Assembly (NCBI RefSeq): GCF_902713615.1
Contig: NC_052162.1
Span: forward strand, 38,129,990-38,193,989
Length of the DNA: 64,000 nucleotides
Direction: 5' to 3'
Source: Scyliorhinus canicula
Taxonomy: Eukaryota
How positions within the stretch are numbered: the stretch's first letter is position 1; every line of letters begins with the position of its first letter. Made by a program: the position numbers and the translations under genes. This document shows, in pieces, positions 49,245 through 62,214 of this stretch. The notes beneath the pieces were generated by a model that worked only from the letters and a program-made list of their open reading frames with translations, was not told the origin of the DNA and did not search any database.

Positions 49245-51303
49245 AAATTCTTTACAAGAGGGCACTAATGCTATTGCTGGTTACAAAATGGAAACATATT
49301 CTCGAGCCATCATTACTTACGTTGAGGAGCCAAAATCACAGTCAAAATTAAGTAGCATCTGAGGTGTTTATTAAGGAGACGAAAATGTGATGATGTGGAT
49401 ATATTACTTTGAGCAGTTAAGAGGCACTTGATAGAAGAAACTGCCAATTTCATATTTCTGTGTGGGATGATTTTAACGCCTCATTTAACTTGAGTCATGC
49501 AAATTAGATTTCCTACACTTGTCTAAGAATATTATTGCAGACAACTTATGCTGAAGTGTTCCATACTTGCTGTACAAGTACCAAAATCCTGAAGGGACTG
49601 TGTTACATTTTTTCATAAAGAAGACAGGAATATTGGGGGGGAAAGGTTTTCCTGCAGCCACAAACAGAAATGTATTTAAGGGAATGGTTGCATGCAAGCA
49701 GCACCCCAACAATTGTATTACATCCTGCAACTGTAAGGAATCATCTTGACAAAACATTAGTCAAGGCATGGTTGGATTTGAGAAAGTAAATTAATAACGC
49801 TGATGAACCATCTGTTATTCGCCTGTCTTGCCAGTGTTAAAAGTCATCGCAATAGTGCCAGATTAAGTTGGCCTTATCTATGCCATGAAGACCTGCCTGA
49901 ATATCTCCTGCTATGGGCTCAACCTAAGATACTTATGCAGATAACATGCCATATTATAGTACCAAATGAGCTAAAATAAAAAGTTCTAAACATTATTTAC
50001 TCCTTTTGTTCTCTGAGTTTCCCGGTACACGTCTCATCACAGCATATTTCAACTGGGGACAGATTTTCTCAACCGTCAATTCTGGTTCATAAACCATGCG
50101 CAAAAGAAATGGAGGAAGAAGTTAACGTGGTACCACTAATTTGTCTTTTCAGACTGTGGGGAGGTAGTTACAACCATTCTAATTAACAGGTTAATAAAAC
50201 ATCTTCGTAGTTTGACTGGCAGTTACAGTGGAACTCCAGTTTGCGACTTTTCAATTTTTTGTTTAACTTGTAATGATTTATTTGAACCTCAGCTTGAGTA
50301 GGCCCCATCCTGACAAAAGGAATGTGAAAGATATTTAATCATGCAATTCACAAAGAGTATTCAACAAGCAGATTTATTTTGATTCTGATTTGTTTTTCCA
50401 AATAACTTTCAGCACTTGAATCAGATAATTCAGCACACAAACTGCAAAACTGGCAGAATGACCCAGGACAATGCCTCAATCACAGGTATCGAGTGTGTTT
50501 TTGGATAAAGATGTTACCAAAAGATTCAATTTCATTGCAAGATCCTGGTCGTGAGGACACTGTAATATGTGGCCCAGGTGATGGGAAGGTGGGAAATAGT
50601 GGCGTTTTGGTGCTGAAAGATGATGTTCTGAGGGAAGCGGAGTCTGAGATTTTCCTCTTTGACCAGAATCATTGAATTTTACAGCACAGTGGTTTTTCAG
50701 CCTTTATGAAAGAACTATCCAATTTAGCCCAACACCCGACATTTTTCCCTATGACGATGTAAATTTGTCTTCACAAACAGATGCCCAACCACCTTTTAAA
50801 GTTCCTGGGGAACCTGATACCTTAGGATCGCATAGTTCAATCTGAAAACCTTCTCTATGAAGACATTTCTTCTGGTTTCCCCTTGGGTTCTTTTGACAAT
50901 AATTTTGAATCTTTGATTACTGACCCACTTGCCTGGGGTATACATAAAAGAATCACTTCTGTGGGTATTGCACATCAGCAGATTTTTAGAAGGCTGCAGG
51001 AGTCATTTCAGTTCTTGCATCATTAAGGACAAATGGCAACTTATTTCCATTATCACAACTTTGAAGCAATTTATCACCTTCCAGTGCAACAATTCTGACA
51101 TGAAGAAAGAATCAGTGGGAACCAATGCTTATGCTAACCCTTCAATATCATCTTCTGAGGACATTTCATCCCACACACTGGTGGATTTAATTATTATCTA
51201 CTTAAAGCCACCTTACTTACGCAAATGTATTATCCATAAAGAAAATTAGGCCCCCAATTTTTAACTCTGGGTTGGTAAAGGATGAGTTAGAAATGTGCCA
51301 GTT

Positions 51304-51530
51304 GGGCAGCACGGTGGCACAGTGGTTAGCACTGTTGCCTCACGGCACTGAGGTCCCAGGTTCAATCCCGGTTCTCGGTCACTGTCCGTGAGGCGTTTGC
51401 ACATTCTCCACATGTTTGTATGGGTTTCACCCTCACAACCCGAAAGATGTGCAGGATAGGTGGATTGGCCACGCTAAATTGCCCCTTAATTGGAAAAAAT
51501 GAATTGGGTACTCTAAATTTTTAAAAAAAT
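51304..51530 (+). mobile_element. V-SINE, A-tail type
   Basis: Tail AATTGGGTACTCTAAATTTTTAAAAAAA; 14-bp TSD GAAATGTGCCAGTT/GAAATATTCCAGTT. Confidence 0.9.
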
Positions 51531-52039
51531 GAAATATTCCAGTTACACCATTATGATCTTTGGGAAGGGTTCCCATCCAGTTTGCTGATGCAAACTGAAG
51601 TGCGGTTTTCATCAAGTCTTGCAACTCTCTACTTAAAGCAGGAATGCACTTCCCTTCTGCAAAATCTCTCTTTGGAATGGTGCAGGAAGTAACTTGGGTT
51701 GCAGGCTAGCCTCCAGGTTCTCTCGAGCTTTCTTGAAGGTCTCGCTGAAAAACGTCAGGATGAAGCAGGATGTTTGCTTTCCTTCTAATGTAAGGAGGAT
51801 CCCAAAACATGAAATGCAGTAAGTATGGAGTTCTCAACTGTTTGAGCATTACCCCAAGGATCCAGGTGCAGTGCAATAAGCACTTTAATGGCCTCATAAA
51901 AAGTACTGATGAGCACAGGTTTTTTTCAACTTGTAAAGGGGCTACTGCTCCAATTCATCCTTCAAACATTTGTCCCTTCAAAAGGAAAGAAGCAATATCT
52001 AGTATAAAGTATAAAACTTTGCTTCAGTCTCAATTGTAG

Positions 52040-52177
52040 CGAGCTTTGACAAAGGGTCACCTGGACACGAAACGATAGCTCTTTTCTCGCCTTACGGATG
52101 CTGCCAGACCTGCTGAGATTTCCCAGCATTTTCTGTTTGGTTTCAGGTTCCAGCATCTGCAGTAATTTGCTTTTATG
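52040..52177 (+). mobile_element. Penelope-like terminal-repeat fragment
   Basis: 8-bp TSD AATTGTAG; TTGACAAAGGGTCACCTGGACACGAAAC. Confidence 0.65.
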
Positions 52178-52185
52178 AATTGTAG

Positions 52186-52723
52186 TATATCCTGTTCTGA
52201 GCACCACACTTTAGAAGAATGTGAAGGCATTGGAGAGACTGCAGTAAAAAATTCATGTAAATGGTTCCAGGGATGAGGAACTTCAAGTTTGCAGATAGAT
52301 TGGAGAAGCTGGGGCTATACTCCTTGAAGAGAATGTCAGAAGAACTTTCTATTAAGTTGTCAAAATCATGACAATTCTGGACAGAGTAGATAGTGAGAAA
52401 ATGTGCCCATTGGTGGGAGGTTCGCGAACCAGAGGGCATGGATTCAAGATGATTGGCAAGAGAAACAATGATGATATGAGGAAAAACTGTCTTACACATT
52501 GAATGGTTAGGATCTGGAATGCATTTCCTGAAGATGCATTAGAGGCAGATTCCATCATGGTTTTCAAAAGAGAATTGGATCGTTATCTCAGGAAAAAATA
52601 TTGCAGGGCAATAGGAAAAAGGCGAGGCAGTTGTACTCTGTAAATTATTATTTCAGAGAGCCAGCACAGACTTGTAGGGCCGAATGATCTCCTTCTGTGT
52701 TGTAACAATTCTATGATTCTATG
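52186..52723 (+). mobile_element. 3' end of a CR1 LINE
   Basis: LEKLGLYSL, TRGH.FK, WNA.P, (ATTCTATG)n tail. Confidence 0.85.
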
Positions 52724-53324
52724 AAAAATAACACCCACTTTGCTGTGTGGGTTTGGTTAAAATGGGCTGAGGGATTCAAATCACAATCTTTTAGTATGCT
52801 TTCCTAGTTTGGCTCCAATGCTACTTTATCTTGACACAATTGAGCAGATTTTCTGACATCCTCAGCTATGGTGAACCACTTTGCATGCTGTAAATGCGTG
52901 CCTGATCGATTTAAGGTATTTTTTGCATATATTTTAGACATGACATTCAAGCAGTTCCCTATTAATCACTTAATTACTCTGTCCCAGGGCAATTGTCCAT
53001 CATGCATTCGTATGAGAGGTTCATCAATAATGGGGCTAGATTATCCTGAGTCCCTATCCGTCATATAGTTCCTTCATCCAATTGCCTGTCAATCACATAA
53101 TTTCAGCACCCTTACAATTGTAACTGGATATATTTAGTTGCAAAGAAATTCAAGAGCAAACTGAGCAAGATTGCTACTGTCCGAATGTGAAGTTGGAAGG
53201 CTCCAACAATTAATTTTGACTGGATTAACAGATGTTAACTATACAGCAGTTGGAAATTGTCCTTCATTTTTGTAGAATTATTGCTTCCCTGCTTTTTCCG
53301 TGCTGAAATTTTAATTAGGTTTTT

Positions 53325-53652
53325 TAAAATATTTGTACACGGGATGTGGCTGGGCCAGCATTTATTGTCCATTCCTGAGGGCATTTAAGAGTCAACCACA
53401 TTGCAGTGGGTCTGGGGGTCACATGGAGGCCAGACAAGGATGGCAGATTTCCTTCCCTGAAGGACATTAGTGAACCAGATGGGTTTTTATGACAATCGAT
53501 AATGGTTTTATGATCATTGTTAAACTTTTAATTCCAGATGTTTATTGAATTTGAATTCCACCAGCTGCCCTGGTGGGATTTGAACCCAAGTACCCAGAGC
53601 ATTACCCTGGGTTTCAGGATTACTAGTCCAGAGACAGTACCACTACGCCACA
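53325..53652 (-). mobile_element. tRNA-headed SINE sharing head and tail with the LINE at 7372-14900
   Basis: Reverse-complement TGGCGTAGTGG and GGTTCAAATCCC boxes; tail AATAAATGCTGGCCCAGCC. Confidence 0.75.
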
Positions 53653-53998
53653 GACAATTTCCTGTGTTTCATGGAAGCAGTTACCATTTGACCCCAGTGT
53701 CACTTTCTTCTGAAGTCAAAGAACAGTAAGGTGCTTCATGCATTCCTTCCTGGACTGGATCAGAGGGCACTAAAAGCTACTATTGCAGACTTTGAGCTCC
53801 ACATTCTTGATAGGATTGGACAAATGCTGGCAAACTCTGAATAGTGGGAGACCCAAGACCACTGTGGAACAATGGAGGTACAAGGAATAGAGAAAATAGA
53901 GAGAGAGAGCGAGAAAGAGTCAAAGAAAGAGAGAGAGCACCGTGAGGAGAAATCAGCAAAAAATGGAAACTGCAGTCCAATCGCAGAATTATATCTGA

Positions 53999-54300
53999 CA
54001 GGCACAGTGGGTGGCACTGCTACCTCGCAGTATCTGGGGCCAGAGTTTTATTCTGAACTTAGGTTACTGTCTGTGAAGTTTGTACATTCTCCTATGTCTT
54101 TGTGGGTTTCGCCCAAGTGCTCCGGTTTCCCCCTACTGTCCAAAGATACACAGGTTAGGTTTATTGGCCACGATAAATTGCCCCTTAGTGTCCAGAGTTA
54201 AGATAGGATTGCGGGGGAGGTTGCTCTTTCGGAGGATCAGGGCAGACTCGATGGGCCGAATGGCCTCCTGCTGCATTGTAGGGATTTTATGATTCTATAT
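53999..54300 (+). mobile_element. Older V-SINE
   Basis: Degenerate V-domain and CR1 tail. Confidence 0.8.
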
Positions 54301-54304
54301 TCGA

Positions 54305-54765
54305 CATTATCTTCTGATATTTGCAAGCAAGATCTGGTTGAGTACGATCAGTACTCTGCCTATTGCGAACAGCAGAACTTCTGTGCTGTTTGTTATTATC
54401 CAGTTGTTGGGATGCATGGACTACATTCAGCACTTGCTGAACAATCCCAAGTTTGCTAAGAATTATGCTGACAACCAACTTAATATTATCAATCAGATTT
54501 GCAATGTGGCTCACTTACGCTTGCCTGAAGCTAGATATATTCATACACGAGGATCTGTACTTTGCAAAAGGAACATGTCCAGGAATTGCACCATTTTTGA
54601 ATTAAATAAAAGTCTGGGGGACAATAGTTCCCTGGTGCATTCTCTATAGCGATGCCTCAACCAATCATCTCCCTTTCCTTATGCTCCCTTTGAAATTTGG
54701 CATTCTGGTATTTGTCCTGGTGAGGGTAAGGTGAGCAACTTCAACAGAAAATGCCTCTCTCATGA
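54305..54765 (+). mobile_element. Penelope-like element 3' fragment (GIY-YIG C-terminus)
   Basis: HLLNNPK.A.NY....I....NVAHL...EA.YI......LCK in ORF 54338-54649. Confidence 0.65.
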
Positions 54766-54829
54766 TGTGGTTCACTGATACTATTGATTATTATCACTGA
54801 TGCACTGATTATTATTATTATTATTATGG

Positions 54830-57810
54830 GGAGGGTTTAAATTAACTTTGCAGGGATTTAGGAACAAACGTATAGTAATAGGAAAGAGAATCAAGCAGTT
54901 CAAAAGATTGGCAAAGACAGCTAATGAGGAAGAAATAGTACGGGCATCAATAGAGTCAGGATAAGAGAATGTATCAAGTCTATATTAGATTTACTGTGCG
55001 TTTATGTAAATGAAAGGAGTAAGGCAAATACGTTTGGTCAGAGCAAACACAGATAGCCATGTGGAAATATGATCATTTAGTGACCGTAGAGCTGGCTACG
55101 AAACTGACAGTACTGAGCACTAAATATTCCTGAATACAAGGTGAAAATAGGGAAGGACAGGAAGGAGGAGGAGAGGCAGCATTGATTAAGGAGAATGTTA
55201 CATTGCTGGAGAGAGAGAGATACCATGAAGGGCTCGGGAACAGTGTCTACTCATTAAAGTGAATAAACATTAGAGATACAATTACACTGCAGAGTGTGTT
55301 CTTATAGGCCACCAACTCTGGGAAAGTTATCAAGGATCAAATTTGTGGGGAAATTAGAGGGACATGCAAGAACTATAATATAGTAATGATGGGGGCTTTA
55401 ATTATCATAGTATAAACTGGAATCATATTACTCCAAAGGGCAACAATTGGGGGGAGTGTTTATGAAGTGTGTTCAGGAGAATTTTCTGGATCAATAATGT
55501 TGGATTTCTTAATTGTTTGGGGTCCTTTAAGAAATCAAATGAATGCACACTGGGAAATAAAATGATTTTTAGAAATACTTAGTCTGCAAAAAGTATAATC
55601 AATGTTATCAAAAATGAGTGAACTGTTGACCTTTAAGGTCATGTCTGCAAATACTAACAATGTTTCGAAGGATGTTCCATGTAAGCTCTACGTAAAGAAA
55701 CAATATATATGGATATGCCATTGCACTGAAAACACATTTAGCAAATTGCAATCCAGTAACATAGTAAAGCTCGTGATAGACTTAACATAAAGACTTTAAT
55801 CATGAGAGGGGCATGTGGGAAACTGTATTGTGTCATGGAAATATTAATTAGTCTTTAATATTGGGTATGTGATTAAATGCTTAATTAACAAATCACCTGA
55901 TTGACACCTTTCTGAACGAATCAGGGGAATCTCAGCTGAGAGTTAGAACCAATGAAAAATAAGTAAGGGACTCAATTGTAGATAGGGATTTCCTTAAGAA
56001 TATGATAATATGATTAATTTTTGGAGAAGAATTCCAGCCTTCTGGAATTCTTGAAGTGTCTCTTGAAATTATTTTAATTTGAAGTATTGTCTTGACATTT
56101 TTCTTATGTTTATGTTTCAATGATTTTTCGCTAAGACTTGACACGTTTATGTATTACTTTGATCTAAATTTTGATTCAGTTCTTATGCAAGTGTATTAAG
56201 TGAATATTAACAATTAAAATTGTGTTTTGGACGCCTCAAATAAACCGGACTGATTAACTTACTTTTGGGAGAAAAATAAGAGATCTGACAAATAGGTTTC
56301 TGGCTCAATAAACAAGAAGGCACTGCTGAATCTGATTCTGGGGATTGAAATGGATCAAGTGAGTCAAGTGGCAGCAGAGGAACGTTTAGCGAAAATATCA
56401 TAGTTTAATGAGGTTTAAGTTAGCTATAGAAAAAGGCAAGGAGAAATCTAGAGATAAATACTAATTCAATGGAGTGAGAATAGATCTGGCACAGGTAAAT
56501 TGAAACCAAAGATTGGAAAACAGAACTGTAATGGAATAATAGGCTGCTTTAAGAGGAGATGGTTTGGGCACAGTCAAGGTAAATTGCAAGGAGGGGTAAG
56601 ATAGGGGTACGACAAAGCCAGAGCTCCCAGGGTGGTGAAAGAGTGGCGAGTAAGATGAAGCAGAAAATGGTACTGAATAACAGCTAAGAGGTTAATAACA
56701 TAGAAGAGAACCAGACTGAAAACAGAAATTTTAGAGCGTAAATGAAAAAGGGAACAAGAGAGTCAAAGAGAACATGTGAGAAGAGACTGGCAACTAACAT
56801 AAAAAGGAATATAAGCAGCAAAATGGTAATAAGAAAATGGGTGGGGTTGATTGGCATCAAAAAAAAGAAATATATGCATGGAGGCAGAGGACATGATTGA
56901 GGCACTAAATGATTATGTTGCTTCTGTCTTTACCGAGGAAGAAGATGCTGCCAAGTCATAGTAAAAGAGGAGGTCGTTGAGACACTAGATGGGATAAAAT
57001 GTGGCAAAGAGGAGGTCAGAAAATGTGGCCTCTACTGAAAGTTGATAAATCACCTAGACTGGATTGGCTGCGTCTGAGGATGCTGAGGGAAGAAAGGATG
57101 AAAATTGTGAGGCATTGGTCATAAACTTACAATAGTCCTTGAATAAGGGACATTACCAGAGGATCATAGCACAGCAGAACATTAAAAAATGGTGTAGCAT
57201 TAGGCCCAGCAAATACAGTCAGTTTAACCCCTGTGGTGGAAAAGATTTTAGAAATGATAATCCAGGACAAAATTAACAGACACTTGAATAAGTGTGGATT
57301 AATTAATGAAAGTCAGCATGGATTTATTGAATGCAAATCATGTTTCATTAACTCGAGTGAACCTTTTGATGAGGGTAATCTGGCTAATGTAGTATATATG
57401 GCTGATTAAAAGGCATTTGTTAAAGAACCACATCATAGGCTTGCCAGCAGAGTTGCAGCTCAATGACTAAAAGGTATATTGGCAGCATGGATACAAAGTT
57501 GGCTGACTTACGAAGAACAGAGAGCATTGGTGAACGCTTGTTTTTTTGGACTGGATGACAGGCATACTGTCGGATTTTGCAGGGAATGGTACCAGGCCCA
57601 CTGCTTTTCTTCACATATATTCATGACTTAGATTTGTACTGGATACAATTCCAAAATTTTCAGATGACAGAAAATCTGGAAGTATAGTGAACTGGGAGGA
57701 CGACAGTGATACAATTTAATGGGGACCTGGACAGGCTGGCTGAATGGGAAAACATGTGGCATATGAAATTTAATACAGATAAGTGATACATTCTTGGTAA
57801 GAAGAATGAG
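54830..57810 (+). mobile_element. Degraded CR1 ORF2, split by a solo LTR
   Basis: YRPP, G.FN, QENFLDQ, ESQHGF and RT relics. Confidence 0.8.
55498..56290. mobile_element. Solo LTR
   Basis: TG...CA termini; flanks AATAA/AATAG; CR1 frame FLDQ.VSG resumes across it. Confidence 0.7.
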
Positions 57811-59525
57811 CAACTCTTGTGGCACAATGGTTAGCATCCTTGCATCTGGACCAAAAGCCCTGATTTCAAGTCTGACTCCAGGACTTGTTGACCAAGGAAG
57901 GTTTCTTTATAACGTGACCAAATAGGATGAGAATCAACATATGCCAATGTCATTAATTGTCCAAATAAGGGCCTCAAATAGTGTCTGGGCAGAAAGGCCA
58001 TCCACAAACTTCCCTTCTCCAGAATTAATTAGACAGAGATAGGAAGGTGGTGGACTACCCATTTCTGCTTGAGTAAATACCACCCAGTAGAACCGTCCAA
58101 AAACTTGCTGCTGTGGGGAGAGGGAGGGGGCCATTAAATTCTGCCCCACTCTACTTAACCAAAGTCCTTCGGGCACCTGGAAGTTGTCATACTTCCTCCC
58201 TGTTATAACCCATACAAGACCTATGGAGTTGGAGAAATCAGTCTCCCCGTGAGTCTTGCTGAATATGAGCTTCTCCGCTAAGGGGGCGGGGAGCCCAAGG
58301 ACATTCATGATTAAGATCTGTATAAAATCGGCCAGGGATGGAACCGACAGAGCAGACACGGCTGGGATCTGATGTATAACCATCAATATAATTGCTTCAA
58401 CAAACCAAGTTTTCTTTTGACTATCTCGGTTTGGATTCGATTGGCGACAACAATAAAACTGGATTACTGTCGATGCTATTATACTGTCACGTCCTTTTCA
58501 CCGCTGGACTAAGGTCAGAGAATTTTTTTTTCAAATGTGCCTTTGTTCGGGAAATTGGGCATGTTCACGCAAGCTTAGAGGATTGGACACAGTATGCAGA
58601 ATGCATGCGTTCCTTTTTCTGGACGAACACTATTACAAATGTTGATCAACAGGCAGCAATATTGCTGACTGCCTGTGAAGCTCATACTTATGGAGCGATA
58701 AAAAACCTTATATATCCTGCCGCTCCGGATACTAAAACTTTCGGACAATCGGTGACCCTAGTGGTGCAACACTTCAACCCTAAACCATCTGGTATAATGC
58801 AGAGGTATTGTTTTCATACAGCAGAGCAGTCCCCGGAGTATCCGTAAACATGTTTTGATGAGGTTACGAAAACTAGTCGAATGCTGTGATTATGAGACTT
58901 CCCTTTCTGAAATGCTGCGCGACCATTTGGTCTGTGGCATAAATAACATGGCTATTCAAAGAAAGTTGCTAGTCGAACCAGCTCTAGACCTTCAGTAGGC
59001 CATCCAAATTTTGCTTTCCCAATGAAAGCTTTGAGAGAGGATTGCAAGAAATGCAGGGGAAGTTCACACACCTTCCCAGCAAGTGACCCCTCACCAGGCA
59101 GAAACCTTGCCCTGGACCGAATATCGTAAGGGTCAGATCCGTTGGTCAAAGACCGAAGCATCCCAGCAGGATGCCTCCACAGCGTCTGTAGAGGGAGAGC
59201 CCGGGTGTTGAGGGGCAAGTGGATGCAGGAACCGCACGGAGCACATTAGTCAACCAGAAATCCAGGTGCCCTGCCAGAGGGAGACGCAAACTGGGGACTT
59301 TCACCTTCCAGCTGGACCAGGCAGAGGGAGAATGTATGTCGCTGAGTTGTATTGTAGCATCTCGAGTGGCCCATATCAAAATAACCGTGCAAGTTAATGG
59401 GCATCCATTAAACATCGAACAGGAGCTGCGGTTTCAGTTATTGGGAATTAACCTTTGATAGAATAAAGATGGGGATGAAGTAGTTAGATCTGTGGGACAC
59501 CGAGGCACGATTAGCGACACACACC

Positions 59526-60189
59526 TGTTGGGCCAGGGCTTAGAAACTCCAAAGTGTATTATGAAGCTCACCTGACCGATAACCTTTATGTTGAATTTGG
59601 CTAGGATGAGCATAAGAGCCTTCACTTCAGGTGTGATTCATCAGACTTCCTCGGCGCTTTTATCAAAACAAAGTTTATTATAAGAATGTAGTTAACAGAT
59701 TTGAAACAGTTATCAAGAATTTGTTATCAATTACAAATATGAAAAAACACACAACAGCTACAGCAATCCATATCAACTCTTAATGAATCCCCCATAGTAA
59801 CTGTTCAATTCAATAGAAGATCCAATAAGCCCAGCACACTGTAATGTCACGTGAATTGGACTGGTCCTTTCCCTGAGATTCTGGTCCAGATCAAACTAGT
59901 AGATTCAAAACTCCTTCTGGAAAGCAACTATATCTTTAAAGTTACCAAGGCAGTTTGCCACACCCAATGTGATTTCAGTTCACTGGGACAGCTTTAAAAT
60001 AAAAACAGGGAAACACTGCTTCTTTCTTCTGCAGTCCAAAGCAACAAACCAAAACTGAAACCCAAACGCTAAACCCCCCTCCCACCTGACAGCCAGAGCC
60101 CAGTTCCACCCACAAAATGACATCACTGAAGCTGTGCTACAAGCCATGTGGTCAAACAAAACCTTTCTTAAACGGACACTTTCACGACA
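59526..60189 (-). mobile_element. Solo LTR related to the LTR at 62867
   Basis: TG...CA; its left end resembles the reverse complement of 63770-63825; 4-bp flanks CACC/CACT; host frame LATHT-GEP resumes. Confidence 0.8.
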
Positions 60190-61900
60190 CACTGGCGAAC
60201 CAGTAGCCATTGCTGGAACCACAATGACTCCTGAGGTTTCCGGGCAGTATTCGGAACGACTTCTGTTGATCAGTCAAGGGACGTGGCCCCAGCCTGCTAT
60301 GCTGTGATTGGCTAAAATGTCTATACTTTGACTGGCAGCAAAATTTCCAAATGGAATCTGAGGTCCTATAACATATGTTAGGAAAATAACTGGAAGAAAT
60401 CCAACCAGGACGGGGGATAATAAAAGGGGCCATGACAGGAATTCAGGTCAACTCGGATGCTCAGCCAAGGTTTTTCAGGGCTATCAATCAAGCAGTCTAT
60501 CAATCTGGAGGAGGCTCTATATAGTTTCTCTGAGTCGGGCGTTCTAGGCTACCGAGTGGACTGCTAGGGGTTGCACTGGGTTGCGGAAAAATTACAGGCA
60601 ATTCAGCAAGCTCCTGCACCGGAAAACACAGGGGACCTGAGGTCTTTTTTGGGATTGGTGAACTATTACGGGGAAAGGTCATCCCCCGCCTCACGGCCAT
60701 GTGAGCTCTCCACCATCTCTTTTGAAAATGAACCAGGAATGAGCATGGAAAAAGCAGCAGGAAGAAACATTCACACAAGAACAATCGACTTCCTCAGGCT
60801 TGTGACACACGACGATCCCGCCAAACTACAAATAGTCACGTGTGACACGTCACTAGATGGCATTGACAAGGTTTTATCATACCGCATGGAATATGGCAGA
60901 GAGAGGCTGATCACTTTCACGCAATTATGCGCCAATTGAGAAAGAGGGTCTGGCAGTTGTCTTCGCCATGACGAAATTCCATCAGTTTGTGTATGGTCAG
61001 GGATTCGCGATCATCACAGACCACAAACTGCTGCTGGGTCTTTTTGAAGAAGACAAGGTGATTCTGCCTATCATCTCTGCCTGGATACAGCATTGGGCTC
61101 TCCTGCTGGCTGCCTACAAGTACTCATTTCAACATCGTCTGCACCCTCTTTCTTCTCCCAGGGCTGACCAGGTGGTGGCCATGCTCAAATTCATGGATTT
61201 ATTGCCAGTTACAGCATCTCACATCTGTGAGTGGACACAGAGTGACCCAGCACTTTCAAAAATGCGACACATAGTTCTGTATGAGGGTCAGCACAGAAGA
61301 CTGCCAAACAAACTATGATTCTAGACGAAAATGTCCGACTTTAGTATAGAAGATGATAGACTTTTATGGGGGACGCGCATCAACGTCCTGGGCAAGGGCA
61401 AAGACTTGATTCTGTGGTATCTGAACAACAGGCACCTGGGGCTGTCCAAAATGAAAATACCCACCCAAAGGTATGTTTTCTGGCCGGGTTCAGATGCAGA
61501 GATAGAGAGGGTAGCCCAACAGTGCGGCATATGTAAAGAACAACAAAAGCCTCCGCCAGCTGGGCACTTCGCCAATAAGAATGGCTGGAGCAATTGTGGG
61601 TGCAGTTACACGGTGACTTCGTCGGCCCCTTTCAAGGCTCGGTCTTCTTACTTATGATAGATGCCCACTCTAAGTGGTTGAAAGTCCACAGAATGTCATT
61701 GACCACCTCAATGTCGACCATTGAGAAATTGTACCTTTCAGTATGCCCGGTATTCCAGAAATGTTTGTTACCGAGATGCCTTTCACATGTCAGCCCCTTT
61801 CATGCCGTGTAACTGCACCAACGTTCGTCCCAGCCATTCCCATGGGTGAAGTGAAGAATTTACGGGGATCCTGAAGAATAACGGGATAGGACGCATGCAT

Positions 61901-62214
61901 ATAATAATCATAATAATCTTTATTGTCACAAGTATGCTTACATTTACACCGCAATGAAGTTACTGTGAAAAGCCCTTGGTTGCCACATTCCAGCGCCTGT
62001 TTGGGTACACAGAGTTAGAATTCAAAATGGCCAAATTACCTAACAGCATGTATTTCGGGACTTGTGGGAAGAAACCGGAGCACCCGGAGGAAATCCATGC
62101 AGACACAGGGAGAACATGCAGACTCCGCACAGACAGTGACCCAAGTCGGGAATCGAACCTGGGACTCTGGTGCTGTGAAGCGAAAGTGCAAACCACTGTG
62201 CTACCATGTCGCCC
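61901..62214 (-). mobile_element. V-SINE with a Rex/L2-type tail
   Basis: V-domain plus GGCGC.GGAATGTGG...CACAGTAACTTCATTG...GTGACAATAA tail, as in 37481-37672. Confidence 0.85.

Larger units (their letters stand above)
49262..53310 (-). pseudogene. Fossil coding regions (49262-50490, 50935-51245, 51531-52030, 52725-53310) separated by TEs
   Basis: 90-aa ORF 49485-49757; about 160 codons with 2 stops at 52020-51540 (KVLYFILDIASFLLKG...SRELQDLMKTALQFASANW); DEPLIRMHDGQLPWDRVIK...WFTIAEDVRKSAQ. Confidence 0.5.

Noticed and set aside
50100-50300. Mononegavirales L-protein-like FHCNC segment
   Set aside because: No GDN, GxxT or HR motifs nearby, and the two-strand gene layout does not fit
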